From Octopus vulgaris (Eukaryota), in the NCBI GenBank assembly GCA_951406725.2, contig OX597824.1:75082001-75146000 (forward strand): a DNA stretch of 64,000 bases. Direction: 5' to 3'. The position numbers and the translations under genes are program-made. Every line of letters starts with the position of its first letter. Within the stretch, counting starts at the first letter, position 1. The notes beneath the pieces are model-generated. The model had not been told where the DNA came from. It saw only the letters and a list, made by a program, of their open reading frames with translations, and did no database searches. Positions 23,615 through 37,800 of the stretch are shown here, in pieces.

Positions 23615-24584
23615 TTTAATCTAAATTATACTCTCCTTCATTTTCTACAATGTTCTGCCATCTATCTGGTAAGACTAGCAAGGACCCTCTTCCAAAACTC
23701 AATTGTCCGTGACGAAAAATACTCTTTCAGAACTGTTCTGACCTCGTCTACAGGGTTCATATTTTTCCCGTCCAAATGATTCTGAAGACTGCAGAATAAA
23801 AGATAATCAGATGGAACAATATCCGACGAATATGGTGGGTGGGATATCTCTTCCCATTCAAACTGCTCCAGTCTTTGAATGTTATCCTCCCTGTATGTGG
23901 CCGAGTATTATCCTGATGGAAGAACACCTTTGCTCTTGAAACCAAAGATAGACGTTTTTCTTCTAGCGCTGACTTAAGCCGCTCAAGTCGCTCGCAGTAA
24001 ATCTCCCTTGTTATCGTTTGGTTTGGGTTTAAATGTTCAAAGTGGACTAACCCTTTTATATCCCACCAAAGAGATAACAACACCTTACGTGGGGGGAGAC
24101 CTTTTTTTTAGCTTGGGGTGCCGGTGTTTCTCTTTTCTCTACCCACATTCTTCGGCGCTTCAGGTTTTTATAAAGAACTCATTTCTCGTCACCAGTCGCT
24201 ATTCGGTTAAAAAAAGGTTCATTCGTGCGATTAAACTCGGAAAGTTTGCGAGTAACACAATGGCCCAATTTACTGACTTTTCCGATGGCACTCAGGTGTC
24301 GATGAATGTTTGAATGACCAAATCCATGCTTCTCTGCTTGTTTCTCAACAGTTACGATGGGATTTCGCTCCACCAGGGCTTGCAAGACGTCCTCGTCGAG
24401 CTCTACAGATCACCTAGGCTGTAGTTTCTGGTTCGAAATTTCTAAAACCACCGTTGGCACTGGCTTACGCTTATTGTCCGATCCCCATATACTGCATTAA
24501 TATTCCTTGCACTTTCCGTTCATTGCTGCCTTTATTGAACTCATAAAGCAAAATATGCCGAATATGCTCCTTTGTCACTTCCAT
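23615..24584 (-). pseudogene. Mariner (DD34D) transposase, frameshifted; element ~23580-24756
   Basis: MEVTKEHIRHILLYEF start, IATGDEK, WWDIKG, FHQDNTRPH, HPPYSSDIVPSDY. Confidence 0.92.
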
Positions 24585-24786
24585 TATAGCTTTGAAAAAA
24601 TAACTGTTAAAATCGAACTGAACTCTTCAAAGCTTGCACTAAGAATAAGTACAAGGTAAAATTACTACCTACTTTTATAGCACGTTGATGCAGGTACTTT
24701 ATCCCGTCTCCCTCATGCAATTGAAAAAACCGCATTATTTACAGGATGATCTTATAGTGTGTGTGCGTGTGTGTGTAAATATATAC

Positions 24787-24993
24787 TTTTTTACTTGTTT
24801 CAGCCATTTATCTGCGGCCATGCTGGAGCACCGCCTTTAGTCGAGCAAATCGACCCCAGGACTTATTCTTTGTAAGCCTAGTACTTATTCTATCGGTCTC
24901 TTTTGCCGAACCGCTAAGTTACGGGGACGTAAACACACCAGCATCGGTTGTCAAGCGATGTTGGGGACAAACACGGACACACAAACACACACA

Positions 24994-25031
<38 letters not shown>

Positions 25032-25188
25032 CACATATATACGACGGGCTTCTTTCAGTTTCCGTCTACCAAATCCACTCACAAGGCTTTAGTAGAAGAC
25101 AATTGCCGAAGGTGCCACGCAGTGGGACGGAACACGGAACCATGTGGTTGGTAAGCAAGCTACTTACCACACAGCCACTCCTACGCCT
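24787..25188 (-). mobile_element. SINE B, full length
   Basis: Reverse complement of the 6729-7147 family. Confidence 0.9.
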
Positions 25189-25643
25189 GTGTGTATGAAT
25201 ATATTACATGACACCCTAGGTGTAACCAACTTTTGGGCATACTCTCTTCTATTCATTCTTACACCTATCTATATTACCACCTACTTTGTCAGTTTAATAA
25301 AACTGTTGTCTGCGTTTTATAGGAAACTTTTATTGTCGTATAAGTTATCTCAACATTTTCCAGCAGCCGATTTAAGGGAGGCAATTCACCCAAAAGTAAA
25401 TAATTCCCTTAACACTGTATTGTGCATAACGAAAATTAGCCACTTCCAAAATGGCCACTTAAATGATTGCGTGTTTTCGTCTTCTAAATATCCAATGGTT
25501 TATTACTGATAACTCTAATATAGATATTATGAAACCATTGGATTTTTTCTGGTTGGCTGCTACTTTTGAATTTCTTCCTTTTTTCCAATTGATTTCATAT
25601 TTGGAGAATTAGCGTGGCTTTGTAAACTCATTATTAATACTTC

Positions 25644-25865
25644 ATTTCTTTATTGCCCACAGGGGGATAAACATAGAGGAGACAGACAAGGACAGACGAA
25701 GAGATTAAGTCGATTACATGGACTCCAGTGTGTAAATGGTACTTATTTAATCGACCCCGAAAGGATGAAAAGCAAAGTCGAACTCGGCGGAATTTGAACT
25801 CAGAACGTACGGCAGACGAAATACCGCTAAGCCTTTTGCCCCACGCGCTAACGATTCTGCCAAAC
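25644..25865 (-). mobile_element. SINE A
   Basis: Consensus match. Confidence 0.88.
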
Positions 25866-26059
25866 GTCTGTAACTTTTTTCAAAAGTTCCTCTGAGAAAA
25901 GTGAATTACTCACTGAGATTCAACGCGGAAAATTACATAGATACACCAAATTTTAAGATTTTCACTAAACTTAAAAATTACTTCAGGTGAAGCCAAACAG
26001 AAATATCCTGACGATTCAGTGAAAATCCTGAGTGTGTATATGTATGTGAGAGTGTGCTT

Positions 26060-26690
26060 GACAGGAGCCAGCCAGGTAGAAAACCACCCCAGGCTTCTGT
26101 GTCTGTTTTGGCATGGTTTTTTCAGTCAGATGCAATTCCTAACACCAACCACCCCGCTGAATGGACTGAGTGCTTTTTACGTGGCACCAGCACAGGTAAG
26201 GTAAGTTTTGGCATGGATTTTACTGCTGGATGCCCTTCCAAATACCAACCACTTCATACATACATCATGCCGTTCAAGAAATTGGTCCTGGAGATCTCCA
26301 TTTCCAGCGACTTCGAGGGCCACCTTCCAGTGGTGTCGGGCGTCAACGAAGAGCCCTCGACTACAACAAGACGACCAAAGTTTTTTTTTTCCAAGGTCTG
26401 GGGTCTCCCGCCCCTAAGCTCTAGACCAACACCTAATCACCCTTACCCGTCTTGTTGCTTAGCAACAACTACATACATCATCATTATCATTTAATGTCTA
26501 TTTTCCACGCTGGCATGGATTGGATAATTTGACAGGAGCTGGTAAACCAGAGGGCTGCACCACACTCCAGCCATCTCTTTTGGCATGGTTTGTATGGTTC
26601 GATGCCCTTCCTAGCACCAACCATTTTACTGATTGTACTGAATGCTTTTTATGCGGTGCCAGTACAAGTGCTTTTTTTACATGGTGCTGG
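26060..26690 (-). mobile_element. Two or more copies of SINE-like family E (GGATGCCCTTCC motif, (GAT)n tail)
   Basis: Homologous to 28945-29170, 30950-31170, 31562-31800, 34030-34215 and 62950-63220. Confidence 0.65.
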
Positions 26691-26725
26691 CTTGAGTAAA
26701 ATTAGAAACTAAACTATATGTAATA

Positions 26726-27291
26726 TTGGGTTACCCGGACAGTTCGTACCGATTTTTAAAGGAAAGAAAAAGGTCAATAAATACTTGCCATTACATTTTT
26801 AATCAACCAAATATGAACCATTTTGTTGCACAATGCGTCTCCATCTTTCCTTTAACTTGAAAATACCCTCTTCTCTGAATTGAGGTGGTTTCATGGCAAA
26901 GAATTCATCAAGGTATCTTTTTACCTTACCCAAGGAATTGAAATTTTTACCATTAAGACTATTCTACAGAGACCTGAATAAGTGGAAATCCGAGTGAGCA
27001 ATATCTGGTGAATATGGAGGGTAGGGTAACACATCCCTGCCGAGCTGCAGCAATTTTTGTCTGGTTCCCAGAACATCAAGTGCCGAAAATAAACTTTCTT
27101 ACCTTCCATTTTAAAGGGTAACAAAATTAAGACAGGTTATAGGAACATAAACCTTCTTCCACGAAAAGATAGCTTAAACTGTGGTCTAAATGGAGGTGTA
27201 GTCAAATCCTATTTTATGGAATCAACCATGTTGTAAAATAAGTCGAAAGGTAAGCTACTATGAATCGGCACGAACTCTCCGGACAACCCAA
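26726..27291 (-). mobile_element. Internally deleted mariner
   Basis: TA|TTGGGTTACCCGGACAGTTCGTACCGAT ... ATCGGCACGAACTCTCCGGACAACCCAA|TA; MEGKKVYFRHLMFWE fused to LPYPPYSPDIAHSDFHLFRSL. Confidence 0.92.
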
Positions 27292-27801
27292 TAGTTTTCT
27301 CACACAGGCACAAGGTTATAAACTTAGGAGTAGAGGTACAAGGTCACAAGTTTAGTCGGGGAGGAATGATTGATTGATGAAATCAACCTTTTATGAATTC
27401 AGTGTAATGTCGCAAGAATGGCCAGTATAAATGGACCAATTCTGAGGATACACCTGTAGTATAAAAAAAAAAGTATTATAAAAGGAGAAAGGGGCTCTCT
27501 ACCCACCTTTTGACCAGGCTCCCGTGGCTTTTATGGGTTTTTCCATGAGTAACCTTTCGAAGCGCCTCCCCCTATTGGGAATTTCAATTGTTATTTTTTC
27601 GTTGTTATTTCTGAAATTTTTACACGTTTTTTTTTTGCAAACGGACAAAACCCTTTGTAACTTTCGTCCTGTGTTTTATCCCTTTATGTTTTAATTCTTT
27701 TTGGCAGCCCTTGTGGCCAATAAACGAATTAATTTGTGTAATGATGAAGGTGATGATTAAATAGTCAATCAAAAGTAAAACAAAAGGCTTATTATCTTGA
27801 A

Positions 27802-28323
27802 CCCTTTAGCAACCAGGTTACTCTGTCAAATGTAATGCTTATTTATTCACACTGTTTTGAATTAATCTTGCATTATCTCATAACTTCAAGAGTTTGTTGA
27901 CGAGATTGTTTATTTTTAAGAATGACAATATAGGATACGTGCGAGAGGCGCAATGGCCCAGTGGTTAGGGCAGCGGACTCACGGTCGGAGGATCGCGGTT
28001 TCGATTCCCAGACCGGGTGTTGTGTGTGTTTATTGAGCGAAAACACGTAAAGGCTCCACGAGGCTCCGGCAGGGGGTGGTGGCGACCCCTGTTGTAGTCT
28101 TTCGCCACAACTTTCTCTCACTCTCTCCTCTTGTTTCTTGAGTAATGCTGCGATGGACTGGGGGGAACAGATACGCCACAGAAACCGGGAAACCGGGCCC
28201 ATGAGCCTGGCTAGGCTTGATAAGGGCAACAACAAAAAATGGCGAGAGGCAGGATCTGGCCAGTTTGATCATGAAACAGGTAGAATATTTGGGCCGGATG
28301 TGGCCTGATTAAATGCTAAAGGG
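27802..28323. mobile_element. piggyBac-like MITE containing nested SINE C (27942-28235)
   Basis: CCCTTTAGC ... GCTAAAGGG termini with decayed TTAA; uninterrupted copy at 52766-52985. Confidence 0.75.
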
Positions 28324-29259
28324 TTACTCTTATAAAATTAAAAGTTTAACAAGCTTAACAAAATGTAAGTCCTGGAGTCGATTCGTACAACTAAAAACAA
28401 ATTGTTCAAGGCTGTGCTCCAGCATGGTCTCACTCCAATGACCGAAACAAGTGAAAAAAAATTGAACAAGCAAAATCACATTGATGGCCTAATGACAAAA
28501 TCTTGTCTGAAGTTTGTTCATTTGTTAAGGAAGGATAAAAACGAATCGATGGCTTTATTGAAATCTGAACTTAAAATCAAATGGGTGATTACCTAGGTTG
28601 TAATGCACTATAAACTCACAGCTGTTGCAAGTGTCTGGGTCAGTGTATGTGTGTGTGTGTGTGCGCGCATGCGTGCGAGTCAGTCCATGGCTGAGAACCT
28701 GCATATCAGCATGTAGATCAGCATGAATATCAAAGTTTCAGGCAAAAAATGCCTTACAGTATTTTTTTTCCTTCTAGATCTTGGCATTCTGAGTTCAAAT
28801 GTCGTTGAGATCAGCTTTGATTTTCATCCTTTTGGTGATGTATGAAATAAGGTAAGAGTTCAGGACTGTAAATGAGCAGAATTATAAGAAAATTGGACAA
28901 TATGTCGATTGGTATTTGTTCTAGCACTTGATGTATTTGCAGACATCATCATCGTTGTCGTTGTCGTTTAAGGTTCGTTTTGCATGCTGGAATGGGTTTG
29001 ACACTTTGACAGTGTCCAGTGAGTTCTGGGGTTCTACTGAGCTCCAGAGTCAGTTTTGGCTTTTCTCTTGTCTTTTATTATTTTTTTGTAACAGCTGTAC
29101 GCTCTTCCTAACTTCAACCACTTTACAGAATGTACTGGGTGCTTCTTTCGTGTGATCAGCACCAGTGAAGTCACCAAATAAGTTGCCTGAGAGAAAAAGC
29201 ATGAAAGAGGGAAAAGTCTACCATGACTAAGTGGAGACAGGCAATGGCAGACTGGGCCA

Positions 29260-29560
29260 GGTTGCCAACTTGCCCAATGTACATATACAACAAAGTGCGA
29301 ATGTATTGAGAGAAAAGTTGGGCATAAGAGGAATCAAATATAGCATGCAAGAGAGAAGAATAAGTTGGTTTGGACATGTGATGCACATAAATGAAGACAG
29401 CTGTATAAAGTAGTACTGATCACAGAAAGTGGATGATATTTGTGAAAGACATAGGATGAAGTGGTGAGGACCAATCTCAGGATCTCAGCATGTTGAGCCT
29501 CATGGAGGAAATGAGAATGGACTGAAATGCCTGGTGATATGATGTCCTTGAGAATACCTG
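29260..29560 (+). pseudogene. RTE LINE C-terminal fragment
   Basis: SANVLREKLGIRGIKYSMQERRISWFGHVMH (RL.WFGHV motif). Confidence 0.7.
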
Positions 29561-29710
29561 TCCACATCAGTGAAACTAAGTTCTAGAAGCACTGTGTGTT
29601 CCACCTACATGTAACAAAACTGTTCACACATCCTGCCCCAACAAATCAAACTACATCTCTTCTCTTCACCACATTTCCTCTTTCATGCATTATGCTTATC
29701 TCTCACTCCC

Positions 29711-29944
29711 TTATTTCTTTATTGCCCACAAGGAGCTAAACATAGAGGAGACAAACAAGGACTAACAAAGGGATTAAGTCGATTACATCAACCCCAGTGC
29801 GTAACTGGTACTTAATTTATTGACCCCGAAAGGATGAAAGGCAAAGTCAGCCTCGGTGGAATTTGAACTCAGAATGTAGCGGCAGACAAAATACCACTAA
29901 GCATTTCGTCCGGCGTGCTAACGTTTCTGCCAGCTCACCGCCTT
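29711..29944 (-). mobile_element. SINE A with TSD
   Basis: Flanked by TTATCTCTCA(C/G)TCCCT. Confidence 0.9.
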
Positions 29945-30457
29945 TTATCTCTCAGTCCCTAATATCCTATCCTTACTGCCCTGCTCACTGTATCATTGCT
30001 ATCCCATAGTCCCCCACCCCTTCTATATACCCAGGTTCTTACCAGTCACTGCATACCCTACCCCGATATTATGAATCCATGTGAAGCCTCTACTTCCTAC
30101 TCACGCTTCTTTGGTAATAACCTGCCACTTATATTTTGGCCTCCATACCTTCGGGGTATGCTCTGGTACTTGCCACCATCTATCTCTCTCTTCCTTTACT
30201 CCATCCCATTTATATTCTGATCCCTGCTCCTTGTGAGTATGCTCTGGCACTTCACCACCACCTCTCTCCTGCTCTCTCTTACACTCTTGCTATCTTCCTC
30301 TCTCTCTCCCTCTCCCTCTCTTCCTTCTGGCTGGGTAACCATGTATTTCCTCTCGGACAGCACACCTGTTTCTGTCCTCATTCTTGATCACTCTCTCTCT
30401 CTCTCTCTCAGTGGCCAGTTAAGCATATGCCTCCTCTTCAGCAAGACACCTCTTTCT

Positions 30458-30870
30458 TATTTCTTTATTGCCCACAAGAGTCTAAACATAGAGGGGACAA
30501 ACAAGGATGACAAAGGAATTAAGTCGATTACATCGACCCCAGTGTGTAACTGGTACTTAATTTATCGACACCAAAAGAATGAAAGGCAAAGTTGACCTTG
30601 GCGGAATTTGGACTCAGAACGTAACGGCAGACAAAATACCTATTTCTTTACTACCCACAAGGAGCTAAACACAGAGAGGATAAACAAGGACAGACAAAAA
30701 GGATTAAGTCGATTACATCGACCCCAGTGTGTAACTGGTACTTATTTAATAGACCCCGGAAGGATGAAAGGCAAAGACGACCTCAGCAGAATTTGAACTC
30801 AGAACGTAATGGCAGACGAAATACCGCTAAGCATTTCACCCAGCATGCTAACATTTCTGTCAGCTTGCTG
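30458..30870 (-). mobile_element. SINE A tandem dimer
   Basis: Two bodies joined at GACAAAATAC|CTATTTCTTTACT. Confidence 0.88.
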
Positions 30871-31210
30871 CTGTCACTCTGTCACACTCTAGCCTGTCAT
30901 CATCTGGCACAAAATCACCTCTGCAATTCCCCCTCCCCTCTCATAGGATTTTTGTCTTGCAAGTTACTTGGTGACCCTGTCAGTGCTGGTGCCACGTAAA
31001 AAGCACTTAGTCCACTCTGCAGTGTGATTGGTGTCAGGAAGGGCATCTAGCAATAAAAACCATGCCAAACTGAGTTTTCTTTTGTGCGGTCTTCTGCCTG
31101 GCCAGCTCCTGTCAAACCATCCAACTCATGCCAACATGGAAAGCAAATGTCAAATGATGATGATGATAGCTATCTATCTATCTATCTATCTATCTGTGTG
31201 TGTATATATG

Positions 31211-31257
<47 letters not shown>

Positions 31258-31261
<4 letters not shown>

Positions 31262-31420
31262 GAAATGAAGAAAATGCTGACAAAATAATTTAAGTAATTT
31301 AAGTAAATTAATTAGGTGAAAGTTCATTTTACAGGTTGCGCATTTGTTATGCTTATCAAAAGTTTTTTCCTCTTCTTAAATTACTTAAATTATTTTGTCA
31401 GCATTTTCTTCATTTCCTTT
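31258..31420. mobile_element. Small TA-flanked MITE
   Basis: AAAGGAAATGAAGAAAATGCTGACAAAATAATTTAAGTAATTTAA and its perfect reverse complement. Confidence 0.8.
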
Positions 31421-31457
31421 TTTATATATCACAACTCGTGTTCCACATCTCCTTTTT

Positions 31458-31501
<44 letters not shown>

Positions 31502-31839
31502 TATAGATAGATAGTATATAATATATATAGAAGTATATAATATATATATATATATATATATCATCATCATCATTATCATTTAGCGTCCGTTTTCCATGCT
31601 AGCATGGGTTGGACGGTTCAACTGGAGTCTGTAAAGCCGGAAGGCTTCATCGGGCCCAGTCAGATCTGGCAGTGTTTCTACGGCTGGATGCCCTTCCTAA
31701 CGCCAACCACTTTGTGAGTGTAGTGGGTGCTTTTTACATGCCACCTGCACAGGTGCCAGACAGAGCTGGCAAACGGCCACGAACGGATGGTACTTTTACG
31801 TATATGTACACACACACACACACATATACATGCACAAAA

Positions 31840-32090
31840 TAAATGTTCCGCCTCGAGCCATACCAGGCTCATAAGGGCCGGTGTCCCGGTTTCATTGGTG
31901 TAGAAATTCCCCACCTGGACGGGAAGCTGGTCCGTCGCAGAATTGCTCGTTTTTGCCAGCTGAGTGGACTGGAGCAATGTGAAATGAAGTGTTTTGCTCA
32001 AGAACACAATGCATCGCCTGGTCCAGGAATCGAAACCACAATCTTACGATCATGAATTCAACACCCTAACCACTAAGCCACGCACCTCCA
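31840..32090 (-). mobile_element. SINE D
   Basis: Homologous to 250-500. Confidence 0.85.
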
Positions 32091-32095
32091 CACAC

Positions 32096-32131
<36 letters not shown>

Positions 32132-34237
32132 ACATATAGATATAGAGATATATACATACATATACACACACATGCACACACAATTATTAAAAGTAAAACA
32201 AAACAAAACAAAACAAATATATATAATTGAGACATCATTCATAAATATATTATTATTATTATTATTTTCTCCTGAGATAGCATATAATACACTTTCCTGA
32301 AATAGAGATGAGGAAAACCAAAGTAAGTCCATCGGTTCCACAGTACCTAACATTTTGGTAAATAATAAATATGTTGTTATTTTTGGAAAATTTTTTTTTC
32401 TTTTTTTTTTACATTTTGAAATGATAGCAAAAACAAAAAATAAACAAAAATTTGTACTTTCGAAATACAATTTTCAAATATTGACACACATAAAGAATAT
32501 TGTATTGTATTGTATTGTATTGTACTGTTTTGATTAATTATCAGTAATTAATTTATTCCCTGATCACGTTAAAATCTTGTGATTATTTGCGGCAATTTAA
32601 AAAAAAAATGAGCATAATGAACAAAAAATTAACAATAAAGCACATTAATTTTATAATATATATATAAATATCACATACACACACACACACCCGCACACAC
32701 ACATATATACACATATGTATATGCATACATATATATATAAATATATACACACATATGTATCTATACATACATACATATATATATATATATTATGTTATAT
32801 AAATTAGAGAATATATATATATATATATATTTACATATACGTATACATATATGTATGTTTAAATATATATAAATACATATATTATATAGCATACATATAT
32901 ATATCTCATATATCATGTCATATATATATATATATACATGCACACACATACACACACATGTACATTTATATATATATACATCAGAATAAAACGTCCATAT
33001 TGATTTCTTTGGGGGTGAGGACAATGTGTTTGGTGAGACATATTTGTATTTATACATGCATACATACATGTATATATATATATATATGAATATGTGTGTG
33101 TGTGTACTTAGGTACGAATGCTTGTGTGTGTGTGTTCATGAAGGTGATCATGTAGACAGACACACAAATGTTGCAACACAGCAACAGCTGACATATTCTG
33201 ATTGATAACAGATCAATAATCCACCATAGCCTCTCACCTTTAGATTATTAATTGTTTTATTAATTCATGAACCCCTATATGGTCATTTGACCTGCTAGAA
33301 ACAGTAACCAAATCTTTCTAAAATCACAACCTTCCGTGTTAAAGAAAAAAAAAATAATTAAGTGGATACATTGGATGATATAATTCACATAGAACATGTC
33401 TGAAATACAAATGTTGGGGTGGTCACAAATGGAAGACATTTGATCGCAGATGTACTTGGTCATGGTGATTTCAAATCACACTCCAGTATTTTAGATTATT
33501 ACATCTAATGATGCTGTCATTGATATGCCAATAGATGGGATGGCCATATGTGAAAAGCCTTTGGTCATTTGTCTGTTTCATCAGGACTGCCTCTGGGCCA
33601 AAAAAAAAAGAACAACTACAAAACAATAAAAAGAGAAAAATAAAGAAAAGAAAATGGTTGTCTGTCACTTTCGGCGATGTGTATTCTATAAATTGATCTA
33701 TGTGAATGACCTACTTGTTTCATTAGTAAATAGTGGCTGAGTATTCCATATACATGTGTACCCTTAATGTAATTCTCAGGACAGAAGCAGCAATGAGCAT
33801 AACACAGTTTGACAAGGATAGATATATAAATTAGAGATTGCAGTCTGTCAATCAAGTTTCCAAATAGTTTTCCCACAACCCAGTTCAACTCACAAGGGGA
33901 GGGCTGGCCTGTGGTTACATTAAATAACACTTGCCCAAGTTGCTATGATTTAGGACTGAACCTGAGACCTCATGATCACAAAACAAACCTCTTTTTCAGT
34001 CGCCTCTGCTGTACTGTTATATAAACATTGAGGCATGCACACTTTAAAGTGGTTGATGTTAGGAAGGGCATCTATCTGTGGAAACCATATAAAAGTTACC
34101 ATTGGAGCTCAATATAACCCTGAGTCTTGCTGGATGCTGTTGACCACCCAAGCCATGCCAACATAGAAAACAGATATTGAATGCTGCTGTTGATGATGAT
34201 GAGGATGATGATGATGTACAACTTAACAGTTTAATAT

Positions 34238-34471
34238 CTATTTCTTTACTACCCACAAGAGGCCAAACACAGAGAGGACGAACAAAGACAGACAAATGGA
34301 TTAAGTCAATTACATCGACCTCAGTGCATAACTGGTACTTAATTTATCGACCCTGAAAGGATGAAAGGCAAAGTCGACCTCAGTGGAATTTGAACTCAGA
34401 ACGTAGCGGCAGATGAAATACCAGTAAGCATTTCTCCCGGCGCGCTAACGTTTCTGCCAGCTGGCCACCTT
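34238..34471 (-). mobile_element. SINE A with TSD ACAGTTTAATATC
   Basis: Consensus match plus duplicated flank. Confidence 0.9.
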
Positions 34472-34638
34472 GACAGTTTAATATCAGAGTGGCAAGTACT
34501 TTGTGGTAACAGTACTTCTGAGAGAATGTCAGAGCCGAAAGTTTGATAACAGATTCTTCAAGGCAGCACAGAAGTCAAACGGCCACTTTACTGAAACAGA
34601 ATCTGGAGTAGCCGAAAATCGGTAACCTATTCTATATA

Positions 34639-34870
34639 TATTTCTTTATTGCCCACAAGGGGCTAGACATAGACGGGACAAACAAGGACAGACAAAGTGA
34701 TTAAGTCGATTACATCGACCCAGTGCGTAACTGGTACTTTATTTATCGACCCCGAAAGGATGAAAGGCAAAGTCGACCTTGACGGAATTTGAACTCAGAA
34801 CGTAACGGCAGACAAAATACGGCTACGCATATCGCCTGGTGTGCTAACGTTTCTGCCAGCTCACCGCCTT
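34639..34870 (-). mobile_element. SINE A with 15-bp TSD AACCTATTCTATATA
   Basis: TSD at 34624-34638 and 34872-34886. Confidence 0.92.
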
Positions 34871-35409
34871 AAACCTATTCTATATAAATAAACCTCTAGC
34901 CTTTTCAAAGGCAAAGCTCAAACTTGGCCTTAGCTGCTATGGCAAAAACAAACCAAAGAACTTTGAGGAATTTTATTTCAATAGGAATTTCCAGGAGTTC
35001 ATGGCACATAAAAGAAAATTCCACAAACTTTGAATGATGTGACTTGGCACTCACAGTACAAGAATATTTGGATGAAATTGAAGAGCAAGTTGTGAATTGC
35101 TTGCAGTTCAAGTTTCAAGTGTTCTGTTGTTTTCCCAATGCTTCCCTGAGTTGGTAGGTCTTCAATTTGCTTATTTCATACATCATATTCAAAAACCCCA
35201 GCTGGACCATGAAGCCAAGTCGGTCTATGTTTCAGTGATTCTTCCAACTATGATAATCCTATCATTTTCAACCAGACATAATTAATGTATATAGGAGCGG
35301 ATAATAATATATGTATCCTTCACTTTTAAGAGAGATTTGGCAGCCATTTCTGATAGATCAAACTAAGAGGAACAAATATTTCAGCCTCTTGATAAGCATC
35401 ATAGTGAAT

Positions 35410-35910
35410 ACAGACGATAGACGATACAAAGAAAACAAGGACGGGTCATTCGAAGTTTTCTGTCCTCAGTCAAGTACCAGATTATCCCCACCATTTCAGC
35501 TGCCGTAAGGCTTCAGTTTCACACGTGCCAGCTTAATTCAATTCATTCTTAGTCAAAAGACACTTCTTGTTATGTCCTGTTAGCATTTTTATTGTATTTA
35601 ATATTGCATTTATGTTTGTGTAACTTTGTCCGTTTTTTCCGTCCTTGCTTTTGTATACATTCACTGCTTTCTTCCAAGGAATCTTATGTTATTAGCTTAG
35701 TTTTTCCTTGGAGCAATCTCAAGAATTCAAGAATATTCAGCCGAAATTACGAGGATAATCTGGTGCTTGACTGAGGAAAGAAAACTTTGAATGACCTGTC
35801 CTTGTTTTCTTTGTATCGTCTATCTCAATGTTTTGTTGTCCCTTGTCCCTTTTTATATCACCTAGCTGTCTGGATGTATTGCATTCTTGTCCCATTTCGT
35901 ATTTTATATA
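35410..35910. repeat. Inverted pair of short repeat-family copies
   Basis: 35417-35510 is the reverse complement of 35738-35825 (GGATAATCTGGT.CTTGACTGAGGA.AGAAAACTT.GAATGACC.GTCCTTG). Confidence 0.7.
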
Positions 35911-35937
35911 TATATATAGTGGCATACATACACTTTG

Positions 35938-35983
<46 letters not shown>

Positions 35984-35999
35984 GCATACATACACTATG

Positions 36000-36051
<52 letters not shown>

Positions 36052-36100
36052 AATATTAAATTTCTAAATATCTCATAGAGATATTTACGGTGGTGGGACA

Positions 36101-36397
36101 ATAGAATGTTTGTATTCTGTCAATTTAATGTGACAGTAGGGGATTACACCACCGCTGTTTAACCCTAGGAAGCATCGACGCTTCCTGATGACTTTGACAC
36201 ATTTTTTTCCTGTGTCCTTATATATTTACGAAGGGGTGACAGGCCTAGCTGCTGGGGGTATTTGTCTCCCCATCGTAAATATATAAGGACACAGGAAAAA
36301 ATAATGTGTCGAACCTGACAGGAAGCGTCGATGCTTCCTAGGGCTAAACAGCGGTGGTGTAATCTCCTACTGTCACGTTAAATTGACAGTATACAAC

Positions 36398-36405
<8 letters not shown>
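36101..36405. mobile_element. Foldback MITE (~140-bp arms, ~20-bp spacer)
   Basis: ATAGAATG.TTGTAT.CTGTCAATTTAA ... TTAAATTGACAGTATACAACCATTCTAT; each arm holds the palindrome AGGAAGCATCGACGCTTCCT. Confidence 0.9.
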
Positions 36406-36435
<30 letters not shown>

Positions 36436-36859
36436 TCATTCGATTATATTGAAATGACTGTTGGTTTTACATTATATAATCAATATGATATATTCAATAT
36501 CACATAATCATTGCTTATATTGATGTTTTCCATCTTGTTAACAGATTTAACATACATGTTGCTGAAATGGCTGAAACCAAGGAATACCAGTGCCTCCATT
36601 CTTTTGCTAGTTATAAATGTATATGTGTGTGCATGTGTGTGTGTGTGTGTATACATATATATATATATTAGGTAAAATATACAGGGTAGGAAAATTATAG
36701 AAATATTTCTACCAGTGGCCTACCATGCAGAAAGTAGTCAATAGGCTATATATTATTCATGTTGGGTGTCCTGTTGTGGTTGCCTCTTTTGTGTTTTATA
36801 TATATATATATGTATGTATATCATCATCATCATTTAATGTCTGTTTTCCATGCTGACAA

Positions 36860-36911
36860 GTGTTACATACACATATATGTGTATTCGTGCACATAACTAT
36901 ACATACATGTG

Positions 36912-36963
<52 letters not shown>

Positions 36964-36967
36964 TATT

Positions 36968-37015
<48 letters not shown>

Positions 37016-37338
37016 AAATCAAATATATGTTTGTGTGCATGTATATGTATACATATGTGTGTGTATGTATGTGGGTAACTGATATATATATATACAAAGA
37101 GAGACACATGTTCATATGTATGGAACAGAGTAATTTGCAAGTAATAATGCAATGTTTTTTTGCTTTATTTTAAATCATATTTTTGTTAATTTGAAACTTG
37201 ATTTCTTGTGGATAAAAACTGAACTCACAACCTTTGTTATTGGCAGTCAAATAAACTCAGGAATCAAGCTGCACATGCTATATATATGTATATAAATATA
37301 TATATATCTGTATGTATGTATGTATATATATATGTGTG

Positions 37339-37376
<38 letters not shown>

Positions 37377-37675
37377 CACATATGTACATACATATATATA
37401 TATATACTATATATATACACACACACACACATATATAAATGTCATATATATACACATATAAATATACATGCACAGACATGTATATAAGCATATATACACA
37501 TATATATATATATATACACACATATAAGCATATATACATATATATATATATATACACACATATATATATACATATACATGTATATATATACACATCACAT
37601 ATATATACATATATATATATATGTATATATGTATATATATATACACACACACATATATATATATATATATGTATG

Positions 37676-37758
<83 letters not shown>

Positions 37759-37800
37759 TATATATATATATGGACACATATACACATGTGTATATGAAAC
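36860..37800. repeat. (TA)n/(CA)n compound microsatellite fields
   Basis: Direct observation. Confidence 0.95.

Noticed and set aside
34490-35110. Possible exon or processed pseudogene split by a SINE
   Set aside because: Short open stretches without recognisable homology or clear splice sites
35700-35760. Additional hammerhead (CAGCCGAAATT)
   Set aside because: No CUGANGA box or matching stem II strand is recognisable
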